Shown piece by piece: positions 45,452 through 64,000 of a stretch of DNA of 64,000 nt. Made by a program: the position numbers and the translations under genes. Location: NCBI RefSeq assembly GCF_009914755.1, contig NC_060931.1. The stretch is one strand, 5' to 3'. Source of the stretch: the human T2T-CHM13v2.0 reference genome, Homo sapiens. How positions within the stretch are numbered: the stretch's first letter is position 1; each line of letters begins with the position of its first letter. Below the pieces are notes generated by a model, which was given only the letters and a program-made list of their open reading frames with translations, searched no databases and was not told the origin of the DNA.

Positions 45452-45518
45452 CCTATAAAGTGTTGATTTGGGGGGCTTAAAGAATTGTTAAAGCAGATAT
45501 GTGTAAACTAGATCCTGA

Positions 45519-45743
<225 letters not shown>

Positions 45744-45893
45744 TGAGGGTTTTAAAAATACTTTATAATTTGAAGTTTTATCACCCACTTTGGAAAAATG
45801 AAACTTTACTTTTAGTTATCAGAAAAAGAATTTTTAGGGTACTGTAGGAATTGCTAGACTTAATGTTTTGTAGGATTGCTATAGCTGCAAGTA

Positions 45894-46353
<460 letters not shown>

Positions 46354-48341
46354 TGAAATTTGCCTTTAATGTTACCCCTGAGAACCAAGAGGTGAAAACT
46401 TGGGTCCAGGGTAGGTGTTTGCCTTTGCATTCAGCTGTGTAAGATTCCCAGCCCTGCCGCCCCTCCACCCTGCCCCACCCCACACCTCCACCAGTAAAAT
46501 GTAAAATTGTTAGATCTACAGGAGATCAAGGAGTTAAAAATACCTGGAGACAGAAATCTCAGGATACTGGTTATGACAGGTAAACTGTGAAAATATTAAC
46601 ACAAAAATAAAAGCCTCCACCAGCTAGAGGCATAAGAATGTGGCGGTTTTCCCCCAGATCTGCAGATGGTATAATCTGAGAGCATATGAAAACAAAAGCC
46701 ACCCAAGTGTAGGGCTTCCTTCTGCTCAGTGTTTAGTATAGTGACTTTTGGCCAAGTGTTTATTTTCTTCTGAATAGTGTTCAGACTATCTATTCTACTT
46801 TATCTGAATTATAATCCCACTCGTTCATATTCATTTCCTTTTTCTAATTACAAATTAGATAAATGCTCATTTTAGAAAACTTGTAAACAGAGAAAAGTTG
46901 AACAAAAAAGGAAAACTTTATCCTTAAACTCATCACTGAGAGATAAATGTTTTCATTTTGTTATTTGAGTGTTTTTTGTCATATGCACACATTTGTATAT
47001 ATACATAGATATTTATATAGTATCATATGTAGCTACAATATTGTATCTGCTTGCTTCTGTATCATTTTGTAAACATTTGCCAAGTTATTTTCCCATAAAG
47101 CCTTTGTTCAGTTTTTTATGTACATTTATTACATAGTAAAGCTTTTTATTTAAACTGTTATCAGTAACCAAAATAAATTATATTGTCCTATTCAAATGAC
47201 ATTCTGAAGATAATTGAGTTTTTCCATTACATATATATGTAAACTAAAAGAAAACTTTTCATTATGGAAAAGTTTAAACAGACTTTGAAGTGAAAAGAAT
47301 GCTATAATGAGGGTCGGGAGCCAAGATGGCTGAATAGAACAGCTCCAGTCTACAGCTCCCAGCGTGAGCGATGCAGAAGACGGGTGATTTCTGCATTTCC
47401 AACTGAGGTACCGGGTTCATCTCACTGGGGAGTGCTGGACAGTGGGTGCAGGACAATGGGTGCAGTGTACCGTGCGTGAGCCAAAGCAGTGCGAGGCATC
47501 GCCTCACCTGGGAAGTGCAAGGGGTCAGGGAATTCCCTTTCCTAGTCAAAGAAAGGGGTGACAGACGACACCTGGAAAATCGGGTCACTCCCACCCTAAT
47601 ACTGCGCTTTTCCAACGGGCTTAACAAACGGCACACCAGGAGATTATATCCCACACCTGGCTCAGAGGGTCCTACACCCACGGAGTCTCGCTGATTGCTA
47701 GCACAGCAGTCTGAGATCAAACTGCAAGGTGGCAGCTAGGCTGGGGGAGGGGCGCTCACCATTGCCCAGGCTTCAGTAGGTAAACAAAGCAGCCCAGAAG
47801 CTCGAACTGGGTGGAGCCCACCACAGCTCAAGGAGGCCTGCCTGCCTCTGTAGGCTCCACCTCTGGGGGCAGGGCACAGACAAACAAAAGACAGCAATAA
47901 CCTCTGCAGACTTAAATGTCCCTGTCTGTCAGCTTTGAAGACAGTAGTGGTTCTCCTAGCACGCAGCTTAAGATCTGAGAACGGGCAGAATGCCTCCTCA
48001 AGTGGGTCTGTGACCCCCGAGTAGCCTAACTGGGAGGCACCCCCCAGTAGGGTCAGACTGATGGACTGACACCTCACACAGCTGGGTACTCCTCTGAGAC
48101 AAAACTTCCAGAGGAACGATCAGGCAGCAGCATTTGCAATTCCCCAATATCCACTTTTCTGCAGCCACCACTGCTGATACCCAGGCAAACAGGGTCTGGA
48201 GTGGACCTCCAGTAAACTCCAACAGACCTGCAGCTGAGGGTCCTGACTATTAGAAGGAAAACTAACAGAAAGGACACCCACACCAAAAACCCATCTGTAC
48301 ATCACCATCATCAAAGACCAAAGATAGATAAAACCACAAAG

Positions 48342-49357
48342 ATGGGGAAAAAACAGAGCAGAAAAACCAGAAACTCTAAAAATCAGAGTGCCTCTCTTCC
48401 TCCAAAGGAGCGCAGCTCCTCGCCAGCAACGGAACAAAGCTGGACGGAGAATGACTTTGACGAGTTGAGAGAAGAAGGCTTCAGGAGATCAAACTACTCC
48501 GAGCTAAAGGAGGAAGTTTGAACCAATGGCAAAGAAGTTAAAAACTTTGAAAAAAAATTAGACGAATGGATAACTAGAATAACCAATGCAGAGAAGTCCT
48601 TAAAGGACCTGATGGAGCTGAAAACCATGGCACGAGAACTGCATGACGAATGCACAAGCCTCAGTAACCGATGTGATCAACTGGAAGAAAGGGTATCAGT
48701 GATGGAAGATGAAATGAATGAAATGAAGCGTGAAGAGAAGTTCAGAGAAAAAAGAATAAAAAGAAATGAGCAAAGCCTCCAAGAAATATGAGACTATGTG
48801 AAAAGACCAAATCTACGTCTAATTGGTGTACCTGAAAGTGACGGGGAGAATGGAACCAAGTTGCAAAACACTCTGCAGGATATTATCCAGGAGAACTTCC
48901 CAATCTAGCAAGGCAGGCCAACATTCAAATTCAGGAAATACAGAGAATGCCACAAAGATACTGCTCGAGAAGAGCAACTCCAAGACACATAATTGTCAGA
49001 TTTACCAAAGTTGAAATGAAGGAAAAAATGTTAAGGGCAGCCAGAGAGAAAGGTCGGGTTACCCACAAAGGGAAGCCCATCAGACTAACAGCTGATCTCT
49101 TGGCAGAAACTCTACAAGCCAGAAGAGAGTGGGGGCCAATATTCAACATTCTTAAAAATAAGAATTTTCAACCCAGAATTTCATAACCAGCCAAACTAAG
49201 CTTCATAAGTGAGGGAGAAATAAAATACTTTATAGACAAGCAACTGCTGAGAGATTTTGTCACCACCAGGCCTGCCCTACAAGAGCTCCTGAAGGAAGCA
49301 CTAAACAGGGAAAGGAACAACCGGTACCAGCCGCTGCAAAAACATGCCAAATTGTAA
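48342..49357 (+). pseudogene. L1 ORF1p, disabled
   Basis: ATGGGGAAAAAACAG start and GCCAAATTGTAA end. Premature stops near 48519, 48789 and 49184, plus a 1-bp frameshift near 48900. Confidence 0.9.
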
Positions 49358-49420
49358 AGACCATCGAGGCTAGGAAGAAACTGCATCAACTAACGAGCAA
49401 AATAACCAGCTAACATCATA

Positions 49421-53235
<3,815 letters not shown>

Positions 53236-53533
53236 ACAGTGAGAACACATGGACACAGGAAGGGGACCTTTACACACTGGGGACTGTTGTGGGGTGGGGG
53301 ACTGGGGGAGGGATAGCATTAGGAGATATACCTAATGCTAAATGATGAGTTAATGGGTGCAGCACACCAACATGGCACATGTATACATATGTAACAAACC
53401 TGCACGTTGTTCCCATGTACCCTAAAACTTAAAGTATATAAAAAAAAGAATGCTATAATGAAACCCCCCATTCCCATCATCCAGCATCAATAGTTATCAA
53501 CACTTTGACTATCTTTTTTTTCTCTTTTTACTT

Positions 53534-53588
<55 letters not shown>
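53534..53588. repeat. (TG)n microsatellite
   Basis: Read directly. Confidence 0.95.
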
Positions 53589-53589
<1 letters not shown>

Positions 53590-54714
53590 GTATTTTAAAG
53601 CAAATTCCAGACTTTAGGACATTTTGTCAGTAAATACCTCCTGTATACCTATACATTTCTAATTCATAATGACTTAAAATCTGGTAATTCTTGTAAGCGA
53701 CCTAGATGTAATAATTATGCCTGTCTCTCCAGAAAGTTATTCGGAACTGAAGATTGGTGAATTGAATGGTGGATTAATTTATATTACTGCCTCCCTACAG
53801 AAAGGACAGGATTCATCTAGATATAACATGGGAGAATGGAGCCATTTTGTTTATAGTTGGGAAAAAAAAATTACCTAGGGCTAGAATCTCCAGGTCCTTT
53901 TATTCCCATCCCTTTTCATTTGGCTTCACTTCTCTATTTTGTATGATAATGTTTTTCTGATGTAGAGTATCTCTTATTCCCTTGTTAAATTAAAGAGGAA
54001 AGGAAACAGGCCATTCACTATCTATTTCTATCTGTGTCTGTCAGTGGAATGATGAAATGCAAATAGGAGCATGGAGGGTGGACCCAGCAGACAGCTCTCT
54101 GCTGTCTCTACAGTAATATCCTTTTTCAGAAAAATTGTACCTAATCAGCAAAGTGCACTTCACTCTGGGATCTTAAGGCTCCTTGGGTATACGTAACTCA
54201 TGAAGCGCTGACTTTGCTGCACAATCTTTGCTGATTTTCCAACCTGAGATTTGCAGTTTCTTTGTTGATGGTTTTTCTAACCCCTAAGCCTGTCATACCA
54301 GGGAAATGATAAATACAAACTTTGTCCAGACTGAAGGGCCAGTGGTGGTTTATTTTTCCCTTTAAGAAAACTGCTTTGATCTCACCTGTCACCTCCATTT
54401 GTTTCCACTCCATTTGAAAATCTAACTCAAAATTCTCCTCTGGGTTTTTCCAGGAACCACATTGAAAATGCTGAATTCTGCCCATCAATCCAAAGTCAGT
54501 AGCCAATTATTTCTCTGCTGGTTCCCTCCTGTCTCGACTTCTGTGCTTAGCTCTTTGAGATGTTTCTTTTTACATGAAATCTGATAGAAGTCTATTTTCT
54601 TTATTAATGACTCATTAATACATTATAAATCAAAGTTGTAACGTTTTATATTTTTTCCTTCCCTGCAGTACCTTTTTAAAAAGCAACTCTTAAAACTTTT
54701 ACTTCTTTACCTTC

Positions 54715-55097
54715 CATGTTAGTTTGCTAAAGCTACCATAACAAAGTACCACAGACTGGGTGGCTTAAACAATAGAAATGTATGTTCTCTCAATTCTGAA
54801 AGCTAGAAGTCCAAGATCAAGATGTTGACAGGGTTGGTTTCTGCCGAGGCCTCTCTCCTTGGTTTGTGCATGGTTTTCTTCCTGTGTCTTCACATGGCTT
54901 TCCCTCTGTGTATATCTGCATCCTAATCTCTTCTTGTGAGAACATCATTCCTATTGAACTAGGACCCAACCTAATAACCCTGTTTTAACTGCGTTACCTC
55001 TTTAGAGACCCTGTCTCTACATACAGTTATATTCTGAGGTATTAGGGGTTAGGACTTTAACATATGCATTTTGGGGGAACACAATCCACCTGTAACA
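54715..55097 (-). mobile_element. MLT1A/A0-type solo LTR
   Basis: ccataacaaagtaccacagactgggtggcttaaacaa...gggggaacacaatccacctgtaaca; 5-bp TSD CCTTC at 54710-54714 and 55098-55102. Confidence 0.88.
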
Positions 55098-55382
55098 CCT
55101 TCCTTAAGAGCCCTGTAAGTTTTTTTGTTTTTTCTTAAAGTTGGCTTTTCTCTTGGGACTGAAGTAAATGAAAGGAAATATGAAATCAAAGCTAAACTCT
55201 AAGAGCTTCTTGTGTCAGTTTGCACAAGCATGGCCATATGTATCCTAAGGATGCAAATTTAAAATTAAAGTGTTATTCCAAATTTAACAATGGCTAGAAA
55301 CCAGTTGATAAATGGCTGTACTCAGGTGTCTTTGAACTTTTGGTAAAGAATACATTTTTCAGGAAAAAACATTTTTAAAAAA

Positions 55383-55511
55383 GAGCTGGATGCAGTGTCA
55401 TGCCTGTTTGCACCTACCAAGGAGGCTGAGGTGGGAGGATCACTTGAGCTCAAGAGTTCAAAGCCAGCCTGGGTAACATAGCAAGAGACTGTCTTGAACA
55501 ACAACAACAAA
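55383..55511 (+). mobile_element. FLAM-type Alu monomer
   Basis: gaggctgaggtgggaggatcacttgagctcaagagttc; a single monomer. Confidence 0.75.
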
Positions 55512-55841
55512 ATCATGATAAATCTTTTAGATTGCAATTTTATTTTTAAAAACCTATATGGTAAAATATACAACTGACACAGAAATTCACATAAAACATG
55601 TATGGGTTGATGAAATACTAAAGGCAAACAATTTTATATTGACCATTCAGTTCAAGAAATAAAGCTCGGCCAGCTGTTTATTTGCTGCATCCCAAGCCCT
55701 TTTCATCCTCCTCTTGTAAGATTTGTAAACACTATCCTGACTTTTATCATAACCCCTTCCTTGCTTTTGTTTATAGTTTTATCACCAAAGCATGTACCCC
55801 TACAGTTTAATTTTGGCTGTGTAGGTTTTAAAAATAATTTT

Positions 55842-56186
<345 letters not shown>

Positions 56187-56879
56187 TTATTTGTTGAAGA
56201 AACCAGATTGTTTATCCTATGTAATTTCCTACAATCTGGATTTTGATGTTGATTGCAATTTTGTATTTAGTGTAAAAACAGACACATTTTGGTGATTGTT
56301 CCTTAACATAATGATTTGTGTTATCTGCAGGGACATCATCAGCCTCATTGAAATCAGTTTATCTTGTTCATGTAGCTGTGCATAATTCTGATATAAAAGT
56401 TATATTAAAACTTAAAAAGAATTTTTTTCAAAGGTTACAAAAATAAAGTCTTTATGCAAGAAAAGAAAGATACTTTTTATTCCTTTAATGGGACATATTA
56501 ATCTTTCACTTACGTTTATTTTCAATCCATTTAAAAATTAAATTCTTAATTTACTCATCTGTTCAGGGAGAACTTTTATATGATTGACACGGACTTCTAA
56601 AAGAATTTTAAAGTAAAGCCTCAACTAATCAGAATACCTTGGGAATACAACTTTAATTCTGATTATGGAGAACCATCGTTCTGGATTCATAAGACAAAGG
56701 ACATTGGAATTGATGAGTAGTGGCAGCAGAGTCTCAGCCATGCAGTTTGCTGCTTTATAGCTTGTTTTGTCTTGAAACAGAAAGCTGCTAATATATGGGG
56801 CTAATTGAAATGAACAGTTATATAGGCTTTAGTTAATCAGTATTATAATGCTAACAGTAATAACTATTTATTACAGTAA

Positions 56880-57080
56880 TAACTTTTATTGTATGATGTG
56901 ATAGTCACATAAATTTGTATGTACCATTCAATCCTCAAGACAACCTGTAAATACAACTATTATCCTAATTTACAGAAACGAGACACAGAGAAGATATACA
57001 ACTTGTGAAAGTAACGTAGTAAGGAGTAATAAAGCTGCAGTTTGAATCTAGATTCTCTAACTCCAGAGCTGACTCTTACA
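56880..57080 (-). mobile_element. MIR
   Basis: aatcctcaagacaacctg...tattatcctaatttacagaaacgagacacagagaag. Confidence 0.65.
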
Positions 57081-60000
57081 TGTATAATATTTTATATACT
57101 ATACAATGTACACCATACATTCGGTGTACATTCTATAATATGTAAAATAAGAGGCATAAAAATTGAAATGTATTTTATTTTTATACTCATGGTATACATA
57201 TCTAATTCATTTTTGGTATCTAACAATTTCTCCTTTATGGTCTTTAATCCTTAAACTGAAATGGTGATCTACATCAAGACCCTTTAGGCATTTCTCTCAA
57301 ATTCAGTTATGCATTTAGGTAGTTTTTCTGTAATATCAGTTGCCTTGGGCAAGAATGGTAAAAGACACACTCCAGGCCAAAGCTTGTTTTATTTTTGTTT
57401 GAATGAACGTATGAGGAAAATAACCATAGTATGAATTTTAGAAAACTAAGAGAGGAATGTCAAATCCTTTATATAGGTCAGGAATGTGTGTAGATGGGGC
57501 AGGGAACAGATTTTCTTGTGGCCAAAAAGTAAAAGTAGACATCTTTGTAGAGATATGATTTATTATATCACCAATGAAAGATCATGACAGTCAGGCATAT
57601 TCTGACTATTAGCATTGTTCTGATAATATTTCTTGGTGAAATTATTTGATCTGATATGATTATAGTAAAAAGTAATCATCAGTGAATGTCTATGTGTATT
57701 AGCTCAAGTTATTTCTAAACTACTGTATATGAGCATTCCCAACTTGTCTTAGGATTAGATTCCTAATCCTTAACGATGAGTTTGTACAGAGACATCCGTT
57801 ACACAATATTGACTTTTGACTGGTAATTAACTGTTTACGACTCATCATTTGATTGAATTGAGTGCACTCAAGAATCACTGCATCAAAATCTTAATTGTAT
57901 TCATAGTTGCAGTAAAAAGATGAATAAGTAAGCAAAGGAGTGCGGGCCACCATTGAAGTCTGGAAATGAGTAAAGGAATTGGAGAGAGTGCTGTGCGTTG
58001 AAGGGCAGTTGTCAGAGGAGAAAGGAATACATAAGGGTGGGAGAGGTTATTATGACTCTAGGGAACCTTTTACTCTGGTGGTAGTATAGTTACATTCAAT
58101 GACATAAAAGTTATATTTATTTAGGAAAACTGAAAATGGCCACTATCATCTGTGGAAACAAAGTAACAAGGAATTTGAGTTAGTAGCAAGGAGGAAGCCT
58201 GAGTTTTTATCCAGAATAGTTTTCTGCTTCTGTTCACATCTGTCTTCCCTCCCTGGGGTGGGAGCCCCATGATAGATTTCTAACTTAGCACAATACCATC
58301 TCCCAGCAGGCACCTATGCTGCTAGCAGAGTCTCTAGATTCCTTTTGTGCTCATTTTTCTAAGTCAGATTTCCATTTCTTCTTTCTTAAAAAAGGGATAC
58401 CTTTTAAAAATCCTGCCTTAATCGTTTAGTTTTCCCCAGTGAATGTGTCAATGACAGGAAAAAAAAAAAAAACACTAGTAGAGGACAGCTGTAAGAAATC
58501 ACTTAGAAAATTTTAAATATAGTGACTGTCAGGACAACAGATGCCTCCCTGGCTAACTTTATAATTCCTGTGAACTTGAACAGCAGTGATAGAAAATTTC
58601 TTGCGATCTCAAATTGTATTCAGGATTTCTCATGTCACCTCTTCTAGATTTCCCCGCAAGGACCATACTTCTCAATACTTGAATAACTCGAAAGGTACAC
58701 AACGTGTTAGAGAAATAATGTTTCTTAAGATATCTTTTAAAATGTATTGTTTGTAAAAACAACAACAATCCAAAATTATATGTGCAATATAACACCGTGG
58801 ACTCCTTTTGTAAGTGAAATATATTCTCAGTTTGTCATTAGTGACAGAGTTCAGTTTATATACGATATAGGTTATAGTTTAGTGACTGCATTCCATTTCT
58901 TTTTTTTTTAATGACAGTACTTATACTTAACATATTCTGTTATGGGACATAGATTTTTTTTCTGAGTCCAGTGCAAATTGAATAGTAAAGAATTGCTTGA
59001 ATTGTTTCTTTTTTGGCCATGGGAAGCACACAAGTAGCTATTAAACTGTCAAAGTGGCTCATATTTATTGCAACAGAAAAGATGAACACAGGGGTTAATT
59101 TGCTTTTGCTTACCCTGGATATAAAATTTCCTTATTGATTCTTAAAACTGCATTACCATACAGAATCTTGGCTCTTTCTATAAGAGTAAGAAGAGTAAGC
59201 AATTAAATATATATATAAAAAAAGAAAAAACAGACCTTGGTGTGCAGTAAATTTTGCTGCATGCGTTATTAGTACAGAGCTATCCATACCCTTGCATCAA
59301 TGATGAATCTTCTGAAGTAGAGACTTGTGTGTTTTTTCAAGTAGGTTTTTAGGTTATCTTTTGTTTTGGATGCAGTCTTTGAGATAAAATGTGAGCAACA
59401 GCCACTGTTACCAAGTAATCTATACTAAGGCTTTTTCCTTTACTCTCATTTTCATTTTTCTTTTCCAATAGAGCAACTCAGCAACAGCATTTCTCTTCCA
59501 AAGTGCCTTCCTTATTTACAGCTTTCCCTTGCATTTGAGAAACATGCTTTCTGTCTTGAATTCTCACTTCAGTAGCTTCTCCAGAAACTCTTGGATAAGG
59601 CTCTTGGATAATACTTAGTCACCTAGACAGTAATTAAGTCACATGATTTAGGAAGATGGCTTTAGAAATGATGTTTTTCCTTTTGAAACAGATCTATTTA
59701 TAGAAGTTGTCACTTAAGCTCTTAATTTTATCACCAAATTTCAAATCCAAGTTTCAGGCATTTTCCTTGGCTCTGTGGAGATGGGGAGGCTGCTTTCCAA
59801 GTAAACAAGCTCAGTGATGTGCATTTTAAGGGCCGGCTGATGGGCAGAGTGTCAACTGAGGGCCTTCAGTCATTGGAGGTCTCCTGCTGCCATGGTAATT
59901 GGAATTTCTTTTTTCTAAAAAGAACAGCTATATTGAGGTATAGTTCACATAGCATAAACTGAGGTGAGTTTTGGTCTCCATTTTGTCTGCTAGGGAACAT

Positions 60001-61459
60001 AGATTCTTTAACAGTGTGTGTGTAAATACAGTTGATTAAAATGATCACAAACAATTAATGAAGCAATGATAGGGTTGTTTGGCAGATGTGACTACCTGTA
60101 TGTTAAAATCTGTTTTTATGTTTTCCTTGCTGCACTTGCTGGGAGATTTAGGTTAAGGACTCTTGCTGTTAAGCTTAAACTCTGAGAGCAGAACTTTTGG
60201 TGTGGAACAAAGAGAACCCTCAGGTGCAGGTGTTACAGGTTGTGGCATGAGCATGCAGGTACCTCACATAGGTTCTCTCAGACAGGAGAGGAAATTTTGG
60301 ATGGTATAGCTATGAACATGGTGTCTTTCTATGCTAATCAGAACCAAGTTAACCACAAATACACAGATTTTAAAATTAGGTGACTTGCAAAAATTTATTT
60401 TCAAGACCATTCTCTGAAAAACAGTTTGGCCACGACTTAATGTCAGTTTGACTAGTAATGAAACTAAAATGACTTTAAAAATATTTATCAATACATCTTC
60501 ATACATGAATATTTAGTTGTTAGCTGTAGGTAGGCTAGCTTTAAACATTATTATATTTTAATGACTCCATTCTCCCCTAATTACTGAAATAAAATGATTT
60601 TTTTAAAACCTCAGGATATAAAGATCCTACAAGAATAAGAGCTCAACTTTCTAAAAGTGATTCCATAAGTAGGGTTCACCATATGGTAATTTAATGAGAA
60701 ATTATTGAATTGAATTTCATGGTGCTTATGGGAAACAATATTAAGATCTTCTGATTTAGAGATGATTCTGTAATTGCAGATAGGGCCAACACAGGAAACC
60801 GTGTCCCTTGGTTCCTGTGGGTTTGAGCTGTTGCCCATTTTTAAGTACTTTCATTTTTAAATAGTGAATTGTGTCAGAGGAATACTCATTAATTTTCTCT
60901 GTTACTCGTTCAAGAACTGTGATATTCTCACAGAAGTATTTTAAATACTGAACAAAAGTTTATCTGGAAATATTATAGTTTTGATGGTTAGTATATGTAA
61001 GTCATAGTGAGCTAGCTTCATTGATTAATAATTACTGTATATTGCTGTCCTGTAGAAAGATTATGCTTTCATATACTGTCTATTAACTCAGGCTCCCTAA
61101 CTCAGTCTTAGGGGCAAATAACTGCCGCCAGTAATTTACTGTTAGTCATTTGGAAGAGTTAACCTTTTCTCCTTACAAATCCAAACTCATTTTGCTTACT
61201 TAAGGCTACTGATGGATTATTCTTTTTAGTTAATGACACTCATCTTAATGGAATTAAAAAATATAATGACTTGTTGTATTTCTGTTTTACATCATTGTCA
61301 AAGTCTTGTATTTTTACAAATAAATATTATATATTCCTATAAGTGCTCACTTTAACACCAGGGATTTCCTGTATTATGCAATCTGTATGTCTTTCAATCC
61401 TATGATATTCAGATGAGATCAATACTAGTAACTGGATTTAGGATTAATAAAAGTACTGG

Positions 61460-61690
61460 TAGCAGTTGGAGTAATAGCAAATACTTGTATGGTATTTACT
61501 ATGTGCTAGATGCCAGTCTAAGTGTTTCACATATGTTAAGTCATTTTATCCCCAAGTAATACCACTGTTATCCTCATTTTGCAGATGAGGAAATGAAGGC
61601 ACAGAAAGTTTAACTAACTTGCCCAAGAATTTTAAGAAAGGAAGTCTGGCACCAGAATGTGTGCTATAATCTACTGTAGTTTATCCTCCC
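61460..61690 (-). mobile_element. MIR
   Basis: ctcattttgcagatgaggaaatgaaggcacagaaagtttaactaacttgcccaag. Confidence 0.8.
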
Positions 61691-62344
61691 TATGGAAATA
61701 AATGATCATAATAGCAGAGGAATTAGAATGCAAATATTTTAATTACAGCCCTTCTACAATTTACCATTTGTAATTCACCGTCTCTTTTAGTAGTTGTTTT
61801 AATAGGCCAGAATTGAAGATGTGTTAGTTCAGGTGAGTCCCAATTATTCCAATATAAAATTTTCTTTATTCCAAAGACCAATGCCTTCTAAAGACTCCCC
61901 CACCCCCCGCTTTTTTTAAAAACTATTTCATTTTGGAGTTCATTTTTAGTCCTTCTTTGTTCTTCATAGAAGTTGGATTGTGTATTGTTCAGCACAGGGG
62001 AGCACCATCGCTTCAAATCATTATAGTTTGAAATATGTTACTGTCTTGCACATGGCAAACACATGGCTCAGTTTATGCCCATCTTTTGCCTATGTGTAAA
62101 TTTATCTGCATCTGGAGTAAATGTGAAGTTTTATGGGCAAGAGTAACTAAGCTGAAACATACCATTATCCTGCCAAGAGACTAGAAGATATTTGATTGTA
62201 TCTCTGCCAAAGAGCTTCAAAATACCCATCCCCCCTACCTCTTTTACCCTCCGTTCCACAACATACACAGCCCGCAAGCAGGAAGAGAGTAAAAGAGCCA
62301 TACAAATCTAACAAACAAACTGATAAAGTGTTTATTTCCTCCTC

Positions 62345-62426
62345 ACATGTAATATCAGTTATTCCAGATATGTTTCCTAACTTTACATGTAACATCAGTT
62401 ATTCCAGGTATGTTTCCTAACTTTAC
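62345..62426. repeat. 40-bp tandem duplication (2 copies, 2 mismatches)
   Basis: acatgtaatatcagttattccagatatgtttcctaacttt / acatgtaacatcagttattccaggtatgtttcctaacttt. Confidence 0.95.
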
Positions 62427-63453
62427 TTTTTATCTGCCACTAGGCATCATTTAGTATCTTCTGGATGAGCTTATTGATGTGTGCATTTCCCCCCTGGCAG
62501 GCTTATGCAGACATATGCTCCTCTGCCATCTTGTAATCAGTGTGGTTTCAGGAAGGTCTCAGATTTCATGATTTAATTCTCTTTGCATTATAGGAAAAAA
62601 ATTTGGGGGGATTAAGTAAATTTTGCTTTCTCTTGGGACTGAAGCAAGGTTGCTCTAGGTCCATCATCATGTATAATGCATCAACTGCCTTAATGGCATT
62701 GTTAAGATTGCAAGTGGTCTTAACTCTGTATCCTGAGGAAAATATGTTGGCCCATTGCCAGTTTATACAGGTCAGGTGTCTTAGTGCTGGAAGAAAGGAA
62801 AAATGAAAAGTGACAGCTGCTGTCAGCATGAGTTCTGTTCCTAAGCTCTGTTTGTAACCTATTTGAGTAGAAAGTCCTTTATTTTCTTTCTGGTATAAGA
62901 TTTTTTTTCCCCCAGTTAACTATCTAAAGAGTTATTTCATCTGTTAATGTTCAAGATGTTATCTATAAACTTAAAAGACATATTCAGCCATAAGTTTTTT
63001 TAAAAATCAAAGTAGCACTAACTGATGATATTTCCATGTATGGAACTAATTAGCTATTTTATAATAGAATTTACTATTTTAATTCTAATTATAGAACTAA
63101 CCTTTTCATTATAGAATGTCTTTTCCAAATCTACTCTTGCAATTTTTTTGAAACTAGAGTGAACTATTACAGTAATTATAATTGAACAGAAAGTAGTAGA
63201 AATACTGTTTTTGATTTTAAACTGGTTTGAAGCAAAAAAAAAAAATCACAAATTATTCCCTTGGTGTTGTCATAAGCTACAATTATTTTCCTATTCATTA
63301 ATAAAAATACCTTAGTTTCCAGTGAATAAGGTGTGGCCACTATAAAATCAGAAAAGGTAATAAAGACCAGAGAATATATACTATTGGTATTGAGTGGTTT
63401 GAGTGTTTACAGCCTTTTTGAAGGAGGATAATTGATCAGTGCTACATTTGATG

Positions 63454-63787
63454 TTTTTTGTTTTGTTTTGTTTCTTTTTTTCTTTCTTTTTGTTGTTGTT
63501 GTTTGTTTGTTTTGAGACAGGGTCTCACTCTATCTCCCAGGCTGGAGTGCAGTGGCGCAGTCTTGGCTCGCTGCAGACTCAGAGTCCCAGGCTCAAGTGA
63601 TTTTGCCACCTGAGTCCTAAAAGTAGCTGGGACTACAGGTGCATGTCATCATGCCCGGCTAATTTTTGTATTTTTAGTGGAGATGGGGTTTCACCACGTT
63701 ACCCAGGCTGGTCTCAAATTCAAGTGATCTACCTGCCTCAGTCTCCCAAAGTGTTGAGATTACAGGCATGAGCCACTGCATCTGGCC
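63454..63787 (-). mobile_element. AluJb/Sz-type
   Basis: Antisense dimer with a long (GTTT)n tail; TSD ACATTTGAT. Confidence 0.88.
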
Positions 63788-64000
63788 ACATTTGATATTT
63801 TATCATAACACTATTTTCTTTGCACCTATGAGGTAGAAAAAGAGCAGATGGACTTGATTTTCCCCATAGCCACTCATAAAAACTCAGGCATGTGGAGTTT
63901 AAGTGGCTGGAAAGCTGACATGAGAGATTTACAGTGGAATAGAAAAAAAGCCATAATTCTCAGATACTCAATGTGTGTTCTCAACCCTCATTTATTCAAT

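Overview
AT-rich, CpG-poor primate (almost certainly human) genomic DNA, nearly all intronic. The only host coding sequence I can support is one 67-nt exon at 45578-45644 (+). It encodes (H)[22 protein letters not shown], which I recognise as a pro-domain exon of ADAM22 (probably exon 4; chr7q21). The rest is dense, nested transposon sequence: a full-length MSTA-type MaLR inside an old L1 5' region, about 20 Alus (one carries all six AluYg6 diagnostics), a 5'-inverted L1PA, a full-length Tigger1 inside HAL1, a full-length sense-oriented L1PA4-like element 1.7 kb downstream of the exon, plus MITEs, MLT/MST LTRs, L2 and MIR. Two structures are not explained by routine repeat annotation. (1) An AluJ together with its unique 3' flank and a second A-tract occurs twice, 3060 bp apart (20055-20460 and 23201-23615), consistent with an Alu-mediated 3' transduction. 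(2) A ~577-bp non-repetitive segment (28245-28821) interrupts HAL1 and carries a minus-strand exon-like unit with strong splice sites. Subfamily calls come from remembered consensus sequences, not a database search. Almost all ORFs in the supplied track are repeat-derived or spurious. I see no new multi-gene system.
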